A stretch of DNA of 64,000 nucleotides from Candidatus Poribacteria bacterium (GCA_965198175.1 OZ240245.1:3136001-3200000), one strand, 5' to 3'. Numbered from the stretch's first letter, positions 1 to 9,785 are shown. Notes: a model not told the origin generated them from the letters alone. A program made the numbers and translations.

Positions 1-225
1 GGTGTTCGTATCAAATCCAAAACCGTTGAAAAATTCAAGCATGGCTCCTCGTTAGTCGATATGGATATACGGCAGAAAAAGAAACCAAGATTCAGTTGGA
101 TTGGTGGCTTAAAAGAATTTCGGGACGATTATACATCCGTTGAACTTCAGGAGAAAGCATTAGACTGGATTGTTGAAATGGTCTTAGTCGAACAATTAAG
201 AAACAAAAAGGACCCGCCGAGGTAG
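1..225 (+). CDS. 5'-truncated ORF with DUF2281-like (antitoxin-like) C-terminus
   Basis: Frame 1 is open from the window edge to TAG 223-225 and reads ...KKKPRFSWIGGLKEFRDDYTSVELQEKALDW..., resembling the DUF2281 C-terminal pattern (W.G.L...RD.YTSVELQ.KA..W). Not in the ORF track. Confidence 0.55.
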   Translation, partial: GVRIKSKTVEKFKHGSSLVDMDIRQKKKPRFSWIGGLKEFRDDYTSVELQEKALDWIVEMVLVEQLRNKKDPPR

Positions 226-229
226 TTAA

Positions 230-2914
230 ATGAAGCGTTTCATTGAAGAAACTTTCCCCGTTAAAGAAGTCAGCAAAGAATCCGCGCACGAGAAAAATAT
301 TCGTCGTGGACACATCTCTGCACTCCACATCTGGTGGGCACGGAAACCGCTTGCCTCATCACGCGCCACCGCTTACGCTGCCCTAACACCGGCGCCGCAG
401 GATACTGACGAATGGAACCGCAAACGAGATTTTATCATCACTCTCTCAAAGTGGGAAAATTCGCTAAACTCTCATCTGATTGAAAAGGCGCGAAAAGAAA
501 TTCTCGAAGCCAACGGCGGCGTGCCCCCGAAAGTGCTTGACCCCTTTGGCGGGGGCGGTTCAATTCCGCTGGAGGCACTCCGGCTGGGGTGTGAAACCTA
601 TTCCAACGACCTCAACCCCGTCGCTGTCCTGATTCAGAAGTGCACACTGGAATACCCACAGAAGTACGGCAGACCAAAAGAGGTAGAATCCGAGCCCACG
701 CTCTCTGGTGTGGCGACGCAAAATCCCCTGCTTGAAGATGTCAAAAAGTGGGGGGTATGGGTTCTTGGGGAAGCAAAGAAAGAACTTGGGAGATTCTATC
801 CTGACGAAACTGATGGCTCAATTCCGGTCGGATATATTTGGAAGAGAACTATTCCGTGTCAGAATCCATCCTGTGGTGCGAGTATTCCTCTAATGTCTCA
901 ATCATGGCTGGCAAAGAAGGCTAACAAGCATGTCGCCCTCTATCCATATGTTGAATACGGAGACTTGACTTTCAAGATAGTTGGCGATGGCTACGAACCG
1001 ATGCCGAATGGATTTGACCCATCAAGGGGCACCGTCTCACGTGCGGTGGCAGTGTGCCCTATCTGTGGTGGGACCGTGGAAGCTGATCTAACGCGCAAAC
1101 TGTTTCAAGATTGCAAAGCAGGCACGCGAATGGTCGCAGTTATAACACACAAATCTGGTACCACGGGTAAGCGTTATCGTGTGGCAACAGATGCCGACAT
1201 TTCGACTTTTGCTGCTGCCGAGTCGTACCTTGCAGAAAAATGCGAAGCGCTAACGCTGGAATGGGGAATGAATCCGAGTCCTGACGAAGAACTCCCTCTA
1301 ATGAGCGGTGTATTTAATGTTCCTATTTACGGCATGCACACATGGGGTAGCCTTTTTAGCGCAAGGCAGAAGCTAGCGTTGATTACGTTTGCCGATAAGG
1401 TGAAGGCGGCGTATCAAGAGATGGTGACGGGAGGATTTGACGGTGATTACGCGAAAGCAGTGACAAGTTATTTGGCACTCTGTGTAAGCCGATGTTCAGA
1501 TTTCGGGAGCACGCTTGTGCAGTGGTTCAACCATGTTGAAAATCCCGGCCACACATTTGCGAGACAAGCGCTTCCAATGATGTGGGATTTTTTCGAACTG
1601 AACTTACTCTCTCCTGTTGCTCAAGGAACATTTCACAGCATGTCCCGGCAAATCTTGCGCACGATAGAGAATGTGGCTCAGATTGAGTGTAAATTGGCTG
1701 GATTGACTACTCAAACCTCCGCGACCTCCCTGCCCTATTCTAGTAATTTCTTTGATGCAGTCTTCACCGATCCACCATATTACAATAGCGTGCCATATGC
1801 GGACTTATCAGATTTCTTTTATGTCTGGTTAAAAAGAACAGTGGGAGATTTGTATCCAGAACTTTTTTCAACACCTTTAACACCAAAGAAAAACGAAATT
1901 GCAGAAATGGCGGGCTGGGATGCAAGAAGATATTCTTACAAAGATAAGAAGTTCTTTGAAGGCAGTCTCAAAAAGTCATTTCAGGAAATATATCGAGTTC
2001 TGAAACCCAACGCTATTGCAATCATTGTCTACGCGCATAAGTCGACAGAAGGTTGGGAAGCTCTAATCAATTCACTCCTTGATTCCGGGCTGATTATGAC
2101 CGGTGCGTGGCCCCTACATACCGAGATGAAAGGACGCCTCCGCGCTCAAGATTCCGCTGCCCTTGCTTCCTCTATCTACATCGTTGCTCGGAAGATGGAA
2201 CGTGAACCTACCGGCTTCTACAACGAAGTCAAAGCCGAGATGACCACTCACCTAAACGCCAAACTCCACCGACTCTGGGAGGAGGGTTTAGGCGGGGCAG
2301 ACTTTTTTATCGCTGCAATCGGTTCAGCCATTGAGGTATTCGGTAAATACGGAAAGGTGATGAATTTTGAAGGAGAGGTTATCCGCGCCGATCGTCTGCT
2401 TGACGATGTGCGGGAGATTGCCACCGATTACGCGGTGCGGCAAATTCTGCACAATGGTTTCGCCGGTGAAATTTCCGACCTCACCCGCTTTTACGTCCTC
2501 TGGCGGTGGGAATATAAAGAGGCGCGTGTCCATTTTGATGAAGCGCGGAAGTTGGCGCAGTGCTGCGGGGTAGACCTCTCTCGTGAGTGGGGCGGTAAAG
2601 GGTTTATTGACAAGGACAAGCAGTTTATCCGTGTTTTTGGTCCCCAATCCCGGAAGATAGACGACCTAAAACATACCGGGGAATTGATTGACGTGTTGCA
2701 CAATGTTCTATTGCTCTGGGAAAAGAGTCAACGTGACGAGATGATTCGCGTTCTTGCGGAGAGCGGCTACGGAGAGAGCGAGGCGTTCTATCGTGTGGCG
2801 CAAGCCATCTCCGAAACGCTGCCTATCGAGAGCAAAGAGAAACAGCTGCTGGACGGTTTTCTCGCCGGGCGAGAGAGGGTCAGAGAGGAGATGAGACAGG
2901 GTAGGCTGTTTTAG
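230..2914 (+). CDS. DUF1156-domain adenine-specific DNA methyltransferase (locus 1)
   Basis: LHIWWARKPLASSRA DUF1156 motif; DPFGGGGSIPLEA SAM-binding motif I; TDPPYY catalytic motif; CxxPxC...CPIC Zn insert; YADLSDFFYVWL. Confidence 0.93.
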   Translation: MKRFIEETFPVKEVSKESAHEKNIRRGHISALHIWWARKPLASSRATAYAALTPAPQDTDEWNRKRDFIITLSKWENSLNSHLIEKARKEILEANGGVPPKVLDPFGGGGSIPLEALRLGCETYSNDLNPVAVLIQKCTLEYPQKYGRPKEVESEPTLSGVATQNPLLEDVKKWGVWVLGEAKKELGRFYPDETDGSIPVGYIWKRTIPCQNPSCGASIPLMSQSWLAKKANKHVALYPYVEYGDLTFKIVGDGYEPMPNGFDPSRGTVSRAVAVCPICGGTVEADLTRKLFQDCKAGTRMVAVITHKSGTTGKRYRVATDADISTFAAAESYLAEKCEALTLEWGMNPSPDEELPLMSGVFNVPIYGMHTWGSLFSARQKLALITFADKVKAAYQEMVTGGFDGDYAKAVTSYLALCVSRCSDFGSTLVQWFNHVENPGHTFARQALPMMWDFFELNLLSPVAQGTFHSMSRQILRTIENVAQIECKLAGLTTQTSATSLPYSSNFFDAVFTDPPYYNSVPYADLSDFFYVWLKRTVGDLYPELFSTPLTPKKNEIAEMAGWDARRYSYKDKKFFEGSLKKSFQEIYRVLKPNAIAIIVYAHKSTEGWEALINSLLDSGLIMTGAWPLHTEMKGRLRAQDSAALASSIYIVARKMEREPTGFYNEVKAEMTTHLNAKLHRLWEEGLGGADFFIAAIGSAIEVFGKYGKVMNFEGEVIRADRLLDDVREIATDYAVRQILHNGFAGEISDLTRFYVLWRWEYKEARVHFDEARKLAQCCGVDLSREWGGKGFIDKDKQFIRVFGPQSRKIDDLKHTGELIDVLHNVLLLWEKSQRDEMIRVLAESGYGESEAFYRVAQAISETLPIESKEKQLLDGFLAGRERVREEMRQGRLF

Positions 2915-2918
2915 GTTT

Positions 2919-2974
2919 GTAGTAGGGAAATTTATTGCCCGTCCGCACGCGCAATGAATTGCCCTACTACGAAC
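2919..2974. repeat. REP doublet 1 (GTAG-type palindrome)
   Basis: gtagtagggaaatttattgccc...gcgcaatgaattgccctactacgaac: two inverted REP units. Confidence 0.85.
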
Positions 2975-3001
2975 CTCCAATCAATTGCAGGGTTAAGTTT
3001 T

Positions 3002-3060
3002 TAGTAGGGTGATTTATCATCCGTTCCTATCACAAATGCGCATAAATTGCGCTACTACGA
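3002..3060. repeat. REP doublet 2 (degenerate)
   Basis: tagtagggtgatttatcatcc...gcgcataaattgcgctactacga. Confidence 0.7.
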
Positions 3061-3082
3061 CCGAGCACAAGGGCTTAGGAAT

Positions 3083-3674
3083 ATGTACCGTTATCGTACG
3101 CTAACACCCGAGCACAAAACTGAAATCCTGCGTCAGCGGCAGTCGAAAAACTTGCCTCTCCATGAACCACCTCACTTTCATCACGCCGAAGGCTGGTTTC
3201 TGATTACTGCTGCTACTTACGAACATAAACGACATTTCCAAACTGAAGAAGATCGGGCGTGGCTTCTGGACGAGTTACTGACAGAACTCCAAGTCGTCGG
3301 AATATCTATTAGTACCTGGGTAGTACTACCAAATCATTACCATCTATTGGTTCAATGTCAACCACTTTCGGTTATCAGTCAGCCCTTGCGTCGTGTCCAT
3401 GCCCCCACGGCACAAGGCTTGAATCATCGTGAAAGCGTGTCTGGACGATCGCTTCAGTGATCGGCAGATTCGGAGTGTACGGCACTATTACACGACGATT
3501 AACTATATCCACTACAATCCGACAAAACATAATTACGTACAAAAACCGTTGGGTTGGGCTTGTTCAAGTTTACATTGGTATCAAAAGCACTTTGGCGTTG
3601 AGTGGGTACATGATCTCTGGAACGCTTATCCTGTGCGAGATTACGGAAAAGGGTGGGATTGGCGAGGTTCGTAG
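3083..3674 (+). pseudogene. REP-associated tyrosine transposase (RAYT, Y1/HUH), frameshifted
   Basis: First frame has WFLITAAT and WVVLPNHYHLLV (HUH). Second frame has DRQIRS...NYIHYNP.K...W..SS (catalytic Tyr region). Frame switches near 3448. Flanked by REP doublets. Confidence 0.88.
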
Positions 3675-3726
3675 TAGCGCAATTTATTGCGCGTTTTTGC
3701 GGGCAATAAATTGCGCTACTACGAAC
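3667..3726. repeat. REP doublet 3
   Basis: gttcgtagtagcgcaatttattgcgc-gtttttgc-gggcaataaattgcgctactacgaac, a near-perfect inverted repeat. Confidence 0.9.
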
Positions 3727-3850
3727 CAAACGACCAACCATCCAATAGGTTCGATAGAGTGATTTGTGGTCCGTCGTGCCAACGCATATGTCGTAAGACT
3801 ATGAGATTTGAGACAAACCAAAAGGATGGCAAGCCATCAGGATTGGTGAG

Positions 3851-3910
3851 GTTCCTAGTAGGGCAATTTATTGCCCGTAAAAACGCGCAATAAATTGCGC
3901 TACTACAAAC
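3851..3910. repeat. REP doublet 4, part of a direct repeat of the 3667 unit (184-bp offset)
   Basis: gttcctagtagggcaatttattgccc...gcgcaataaattgcgctactacaaac, followed by the same caaacgaccaa..cat..aataggttcgatag.gtgatttg tail as doublet 3. Confidence 0.88.
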
Positions 3911-4018
3911 CAAACGACCAATCATCAAATAGGTTCGATAGGGTGATTTGCGACTCGTCGCGTCAACGCGCAAAGAATTTCGCGACTACGATTCCCCACG
4001 CACCTATGTCAAGGAGAA

Positions 4019-6556
4019 ATGCGTATGATTCCATTCCACACAATTGCTGTGCCGCACAGTGATATTCTAGAGGGAAGACTCACGCAGGACGTTTTTGCGG
4101 CGGATTTGTGGGAAGTGTTCAAGGATCGCGGACCGGATGAATACAAGGATGCCGTGCAGTTTTTCGAGAAAACGTATGAGACCGATGGGCTAAAGCACCT
4201 GCTTTCAGTTGTGAAAGGTCGGTTAAGTGGACGCGGCGGCGACCCGGTGATTCAACTTCAGACCCCCTTCGGCGGCGGTAAAACCCATGCCCTGATTGCG
4301 ATGTATCATAAAGCGATAGAGTGGAACGTCTCCCGCGCTGTAATTGTTGGAACACCGATGGGACCCCAAGACACGCTTTGGGGAGCGCTAGAAACCCAAT
4401 TGGCGGGAAGCATAGCCCGGTTTGATGGGTTTACCTCTCCGGGTAGAGATGCGATTTACGAACTCCTTGAGGCGAAACAACCGGCGCTCATCTTGATGGA
4501 TGAGTTGCTGGAATATATGACTAAAGCCGATAGCGTCCGTGTCGAAGGCAGTACCCTGTCCTCTCAGACGCTCGCCTTTATGCAGGAGTTGACCGAAGCT
4601 GCTCGCACCATAGAAAAGATTGCACTGGTCATCACCCTTCCGTCAAGCGGCATGGAACACTTCGGCGAAGGGGCTGAAAAGCTATTTGAACAACTTCAAC
4701 ACGTTGTGGGGCGGGTGGAGAAGATTTACACCCCGGTGCAAGAGCATGAGATTACGGAAGTCATCCGGCGACGGCTTTTTTCGCAGATTGATATGAAGGG
4801 CGCGGATGAAGTGATTCAGGATTATATGAACTACGCCGACAAACAATCTATTCTTCCCTCCGGAACTGAACCGTCGGAGTACCGAAAACGGTTTGAAGCC
4901 GCCTATCCGTTTCAACCGGAAGCCATTGATGTACTCTATCAGCGCTGGGGCAGTTACCCGCTTTTCCAGCGCACACGGGGAGTGTTGCGGCTGTTGTCAC
5001 TCGTCATCGATGCCCTTAAAGAGAAGTCAATCCCCTATATCAGTCTCGGCGATTTTAATCTGAGCGTTCAGGAAATTAGACAGGAATTGTTAAAGCACAT
5101 TGGACCCCAGTTCGACAGTATCATGTCCGCAGACATAACAGGTGAGGAGTCGGGGGCGAAAAAGGTAGACCTTGGTCTTGGCAATGCTTACAAGGGACTC
5201 AAGCTAGGTAGCCGTGCCGCAACCACTGTTTTTCTCTATTCCTTTTCAGGCGGCATGGAAAAGGGCGCGACTCTCGGAGAAATTAAGCGTAGTGCGGCGA
5301 CAACGGGGATTCCGTCCAGCGTTGTCACGGAAGCCGCCACGGATTTGCAAAACAAGCTGTTTTACCTTCGACACGAGGGTGGAAAATTCTATTTCAGCAA
5401 TCAACCCAACCTCAACCGGATTCTGTTGACACGCATGGAGAATATCAGGGATTCGGAAATCAACGAGTTTGAGGAATCTTTGGTCAAAAGGAATCTATCG
5501 GTTGGACGGCTCAACACGTCGATTTGGTCCAAAGACGGATCCGAGGTTACAGACAACGCTGACTTGAAACTGGTGATTCTGAAGCAGCCTGTCCATTCCC
5601 TGATGAAGACGATGCTAGAAACCAAGGGAAATAGTCCGAGGGTCAACCGAAACACGCTTTTCTTTCTGACGACACTGGCGCACGAGCGGAGTGGGTTTTA
5701 CAATCAACTGAAAAAGACGATTGCCTACCGTGCCCTAAACAAGACGGACGCTACATTGAATCTCTCCGACGAGCAACGGAGGGAGATTCGCGACGAGTTG
5801 AGAACGGCGGAAAATAGCCTAGATGATATGCTTCGCCGCTACTACCGATCTCTGTTCATCCCGACAAAAGAGGGCTTGAAGGAGACGGATTTGGGTGTGC
5901 CAACTTACGGCGCGACAAAGAAACTTGATGAAGTTGTCTATGAGAAACTGCGGTCTGACGGTGAAATTTTGGAGCAGATTGCCCCGCTGCTCCTCAGAGA
6001 ACGCTACCTCGGAACTAATGATTATGTTTCCACAGAGCAGTTGTTTCAGTCGAGCGCGAAGACCCCCGGCAGCCTGAGAATTATTAGCAAATCGGTCTGG
6101 GAATCCGGCATCCGTGAAGGGGTTGAGAAAGGGATGTTCGGTCTGGGTGAGTTGCAAGATGGGAAGCCGGTCTGCCTATATTTCAAACAACGTCCCGGCT
6201 CGATTGCCTTTGCTGGAAACGAAGTAATTATCCGCGATGCGGTCTGCATCCGCCTGAAGGAACCGAAACCGGATGAACAACATAAAACGGTCCCTCCTAT
6301 CCCACCAAGACCGGATCCTGACCGTAAAGCAACGGACCCAAAGCCAAAGCCGGACGGGCGCGACAGTGTTCAACTGAAGTTCAATATTCCAAAAGGAAAG
6401 GTGTCAGGAATCATGGGTGTGATGAACCTGCTGCAATCGAATTTCGAAAACCTTCAGGTTGAGTTGCGGGCTACAGGAGGGCAGATGTCTAATCAGGATT
6501 ACGAGGATAAGATCAGAGAGGCGTTTGTACAGTTGGAGATTGATTTGGAGGAATGA
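4019..6556 (+). CDS. DUF499-family AAA+ ATPase (locus 1)
   Basis: VFAADLWEV; Walker A QTPFGGGKTH; Walker B ILMDE; VIRRRLF; YPFQPE; FQRTRGVLRL; RBS aaggag upstream. Confidence 0.93.
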   Translation: MRMIPFHTIAVPHSDILEGRLTQDVFAADLWEVFKDRGPDEYKDAVQFFEKTYETDGLKHLLSVVKGRLSGRGGDPVIQLQTPFGGGKTHALIAMYHKAIEWNVSRAVIVGTPMGPQDTLWGALETQLAGSIARFDGFTSPGRDAIYELLEAKQPALILMDELLEYMTKADSVRVEGSTLSSQTLAFMQELTEAARTIEKIALVITLPSSGMEHFGEGAEKLFEQLQHVVGRVEKIYTPVQEHEITEVIRRRLFSQIDMKGADEVIQDYMNYADKQSILPSGTEPSEYRKRFEAAYPFQPEAIDVLYQRWGSYPLFQRTRGVLRLLSLVIDALKEKSIPYISLGDFNLSVQEIRQELLKHIGPQFDSIMSADITGEESGAKKVDLGLGNAYKGLKLGSRAATTVFLYSFSGGMEKGATLGEIKRSAATTGIPSSVVTEAATDLQNKLFYLRHEGGKFYFSNQPNLNRILLTRMENIRDSEINEFEESLVKRNLSVGRLNTSIWSKDGSEVTDNADLKLVILKQPVHSLMKTMLETKGNSPRVNRNTLFFLTTLAHERSGFYNQLKKTIAYRALNKTDATLNLSDEQRREIRDELRTAENSLDDMLRRYYRSLFIPTKEGLKETDLGVPTYGATKKLDEVVYEKLRSDGEILEQIAPLLLRERYLGTNDYVSTEQLFQSSAKTPGSLRIISKSVWESGIREGVEKGMFGLGELQDGKPVCLYFKQRPGSIAFAGNEVIIRDAVCIRLKEPKPDEQHKTVPPIPPRPDPDRKATDPKPKPDGRDSVQLKFNIPKGKVSGIMGVMNLLQSNFENLQVELRATGGQMSNQDYEDKIREAFVQLEIDLEE

Positions 6557-6592
6557 GATCAGCCCAAAAGCATTTCGCGCCGACGAGGCAGT

Positions 6593-7390
6593 TCAATAGG
6601 GTAAGATGCCGCCGCACACGTTTAGCGCCTGACCGGTAATGTAGCTTGCATCGGAGGAAGCGAGGAACGCGACCATGTTGGCAACATCTTCTGGTTCTTC
6701 GATGCGACCGAGCGGTATACTCTCGACAGCTCTCGCTTTGACCGAACCGAGCGGCGCACCTTCCAACTTCGCAACCTCACGGTCAATCAGATCCCACATC
6801 GCTGTGTCCACAATGCCGGCGCACACGCAATTGACGAGAATTCCGCGCGACGATAACTCCAACCCCATCTGCTTGGTCAGCGCGACGACGGCATGTTTGC
6901 TGGCGGCGTAAGCGCCAAGCGGCACGTCCTTGCCGGGCGCAATTTTGCCCGCGCCGGAAGCGTTGTTGATGATTCTGCCGCCGCTGCCACGGGCAATCAT
7001 GTGTCGCGCTGCCGCTTGCGAGCAGAGGAGCACGCCTTTGGCGTTGACGTTTATGAGTGCATCCCATGTTTCCTCGTCAGTGTCCATCAGCCGGGCGACA
7101 ACGCCGATCCCAGCGTTATTTACCAGAATGTCTAACTGTCCGAATCGTTCAACTGTCCGGCACACCATCCGCTCAACGTCGTCTTTGCGGGTCACATCCA
7201 CTTTGAGAGGGAGTGCCTGACCGCCTGCTTCCTCGATTTCTTGGACGACACTCCGTGCGTTTTCATGGTTAATGTCGGCGACAGTTACATGTGCCTTTTC
7301 CTTGGCGAAGCGCAGCGCAATCGCGCGACCAATCCCACGTCCGGCACCCGTCACAACTGCCACTTGTCCGTCTAAATCGTACTTTGGCAT
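6593..7390 (-). CDS. SDR-family NAD(P)-dependent oxidoreductase
   Basis: TGAGRGIG, NNAG and YAASK motifs. Confidence 0.93.
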   Translation of the reverse strand: MPKYDLDGQVAVVTGAGRGIGRAIALRFAKEKAHVTVADINHENARSVVQEIEEAGGQALPLKVDVTRKDDVERMVCRTVERFGQLDILVNNAGIGVVARLMDTDEETWDALINVNAKGVLLCSQAAARHMIARGSGGRIINNASGAGKIAPGKDVPLGAYAASKHAVVALTKQMGLELSSRGILVNCVCAGIVDTAMWDLIDREVAKLEGAPLGSVKARAVESIPLGRIEEPEDVANMVAFLASSDASYITGQALNVCGGILPY

Positions 7391-7419
7391 CTGTTACCTC
7401 CGCACTACGACTGATTGGT

Positions 7420-7884
7420 CTATGCCTTTTTCTGGATTGGGTGCTCCATCAATTCGAGAACAAACCCGTCCGGATCCTTGAAAAACACCACCTTCACGAT
7501 ACCCCATTCGAGATCGAAGCTGACCGGCTCCGAGATGAACTCGACGCCTTTGGCTTTTAAGGCACTGGAAGTTCCCATCAGGTCCGGCACACCGAAGCAG
7601 AAATGCGAGTGACCGACATCACCCAATTGCGCGTCAGATAGTTTGCCTTGAGGCTTGATGTATTGCTGCAGGTCGAGCAAAATGCCTGGCGTTTCGGGTG
7701 CTTGAAGCCGCACCACCTGCATAACTACATCCGGTTTGCCAGCCATCTCGGAGATAGCTTCGCCTTCAAGCCGATGCCGCTCGACTTCTTCGAGTCCGAG
7801 CAGATCGCAATAGAACGCAAGTGACCGATCCATATCGCTTACAGTTACTGATAAGTGATCGAGGATGTTAACTGAGCTGATCAT
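7420..7884 (-). CDS. VOC/glyoxalase-family protein
   Basis: DHLSVTVSDMDRSLAFY...HFCFGV...FFKDPDGFVLELME. Start moved to ATG 7884, behind a GGAGGT RBS. Confidence 0.9.
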   Translation of the reverse strand: MISSVNILDHLSVTVSDMDRSLAFYCDLLGLEEVERHRLEGEAISEMAGKPDVVMQVVRLQAPETPGILLDLQQYIKPQGKLSDAQLGDVGHSHFCFGVPDLMGTSSALKAKGVEFISEPVSFDLEWGIVKVVFFKDPDGFVLELMEHPIQKKA

Positions 7885-8031
7885 GTGACACCTCCGGCGT
7901 GGACGCTCTGTACCCATTCTGGTAATGAGATAGCATAGCAAACAATGAGGAAAACAACAAGCAAAATAGACAATCGTCATACGGTCTACCCAACTCATCT
8001 TGTTGTTCTGGTATATGAAAATGGCAACCGC

Positions 8032-8060
8032 TTGACTTTACGACGTTTTTGTGGTACGCT
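8032..8060 (+). promoter_or_regulatory. sigma70-type promoter upstream of obgE
   Basis: TTGACT-N17-TACGCT with TG extended -10. Confidence 0.55.
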
Positions 8061-8253
8061 GTGTATCTAAACAGTTTGTCCAAAGTTTTTTGATAGAATG
8101 GGGAAACGGCTACAGCCGCTCAGTTTTCCGCCACCGATCTCGCGCGTTCCGACAACATTGGTCATGAAAGCTTGTCCGCCTTTTTTTATAGACTGTAATT
8201 ACTGTAATTTTGTGTTCAATGGCGAGTCCGGCTCCCTGTAGTCGCATGTTCTT

Positions 8254-8440
8254 GTAGGTTGGGTTATGGAGAAGACTATCGCCTTCGCTATTCGCTCAGT
8301 TGATCCCTCGCTATTCGCTCAGTTGATCCCTCCCTATTCGGTCGGTTGATCGGATATGATGAAAGATGTGAATAATTAAGCATGGGTTTCGTTGGTTGAA
8401 TGCGTTTGGAAGTTGTTGTGTGTAGCAAAACCCAACCTAC
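8254..8440. repeat. REP/MITE-like element with inverted ends GTAGGTTGGGTT...AACCCAACCTAC and an internal 23-bp tandem repeat
   Basis: 12-bp perfect inverted ends at 8254-8265 and 8429-8440. tcgctattcgctcagttgatccc occurs twice (8285-8330), plus a degenerate third copy. Confidence 0.7.
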
Positions 8441-8465
8441 ATTATAGAGTAGTTCCCCATGAGAG

Positions 8466-9785
8466 GTGTTGGCATTGAATGTAGACACAGCAAAAATTCA
8501 CGTCGTGGGCGGCAAGGGCGGAAACGGCTGCATCAGTTTCCGCAGGGAGAAGTATGTGCCGCGAGGGGGACCTAACGGCGGCGATGGCGGGCGAGGGGGA
8601 AACGTGATTCTCGAAGCGTCGGAAGGGCTGAGCACACTGCTAGATCTCAAATATCAGCCGCGAAAGAGGGCTCCCGACGGGCAACACGGCAGAGGGAAAC
8701 TTAGGCACGGCAAAGAGGCGGAGAACAGGGTTGTAACGGTTCCAGTTGGCACGGTCGTCCGGGCACCCGAAATGGAAGGTGCCCTTGCGGATCTGGAGCG
8801 GCATGGTGAGCGCGTTATCGTTGCGCGAGGCGGTGTTGGCGGGAAGGGGAATGCGCGATTCAAAAGCAGCACTTTTCAAACGCCGCGTGTCGCTGAAAAG
8901 GGTGAGCCCGGCGAAGAACGCTTCATTGAATTAGAGGTAAAAGTCATTGCAGAGGTTGGGCTGGTAGGGTATCCAAACGCAGGCAAATCGACTCTGCTGG
9001 GGAGGGTATCCGATGCGAAGCCGAAAATCGCGAATTATCCGTTTACCACGCTTGCACCCAACTTGGGGGTTGTCCGCATCGGCGCAGCACGAAACTTTGT
9101 CGCTGCCGATATCCCCGGGCTCATCGAAGGGGCGCATACGGGTGCTGGACTGGGGCACGATTTTTTGCGGCATATCGAACGCACAAAGCTGCTTATCCAT
9201 GTCATCGATTGTGCAGCCGTTGATGGGCGCAATCCACTCCAGGATTATGAGCAACTCAACGAGGAGCTCGAGCTGTACAATCCACGATTGGTCCGTATGC
9301 CGCAGTTAATCGCTCTCAACAAAGTGGATTTGCCCAATGCACAGGACTCTTTTCCGCAAATCAGAGAATACTTCGGTAAGCGTCGGATCTTCTCAATTTC
9401 GGCGCTAACCGGAGAAGGGGTGGATGGGTTAATTCGTGCGGCGTACGGACGGCTGCAACGCATTCACGAACGCATTCGTGAAAGGCAGGAGAGCGGCGAT
9501 GTACCTGAGTCTGAGATGATAACGCTGCCGACTTTCCAAAAACAACACGGACGATTTGAACTCTCGAAAGAGGAAGATGGCTTCGTTGTGCGTGGTGAGG
9601 AGCCGCGCCGGGCGGTACTGATGACAGATATGGAAAACGATCAAGCGCTCGTTCTGCTGTACCGCAAGCTCAAAAAAATGGGCGTTATCAATGCCCTAAT
9701 CAGAACTGGCGTTAAAGAAGGAGATACGGTTCAGATTGATGAATTCGAATTTACATACAGTCCCCACGGAATCGACACAGATTGA
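8466..9785 (+). CDS. obgE: GTPase ObgE/CgtA with C-terminal OCT domain
   Basis: GGKGGNGCISFRREKYVPRGGPNGGDGG; GYPNAGKST; DIPG; NKVD; C-terminal GVKEGDTVQIDEFEF. Confidence 0.97.
   Translation: MLALNVDTAKIHVVGGKGGNGCISFRREKYVPRGGPNGGDGGRGGNVILEASEGLSTLLDLKYQPRKRAPDGQHGRGKLRHGKEAENRVVTVPVGTVVRAPEMEGALADLERHGERVIVARGGVGGKGNARFKSSTFQTPRVAEKGEPGEERFIELEVKVIAEVGLVGYPNAGKSTLLGRVSDAKPKIANYPFTTLAPNLGVVRIGAARNFVAADIPGLIEGAHTGAGLGHDFLRHIERTKLLIHVIDCAAVDGRNPLQDYEQLNEELELYNPRLVRMPQLIALNKVDLPNAQDSFPQIREYFGKRRIFSISALTGEGVDGLIRAAYGRLQRIHERIRERQESGDVPESEMITLPTFQKQHGRFELSKEEDGFVVRGEEPRRAVLMTDMENDQALVLLYRKLKKMGVINALIRTGVKEGDTVQIDEFEFTYSPHGIDTD

Noticed and set aside
3457..4062. Short ORFs with repeated AIYCAFLRAINCATT / RNKLRYY peptides
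   Set aside because: These are translations of the REP palindromes.
230..6556. Locus 1 as BREX or DISARM
   Set aside because: No PglZ, BrxL, DrmA/DrmB or DUF1998 genes are visible; the motifs fit DUF1156/DUF499.
8285..8350. 23-bp repeats as a CRISPR array
   Set aside because: The repeats are contiguous with no spacers, and no cas genes are present.
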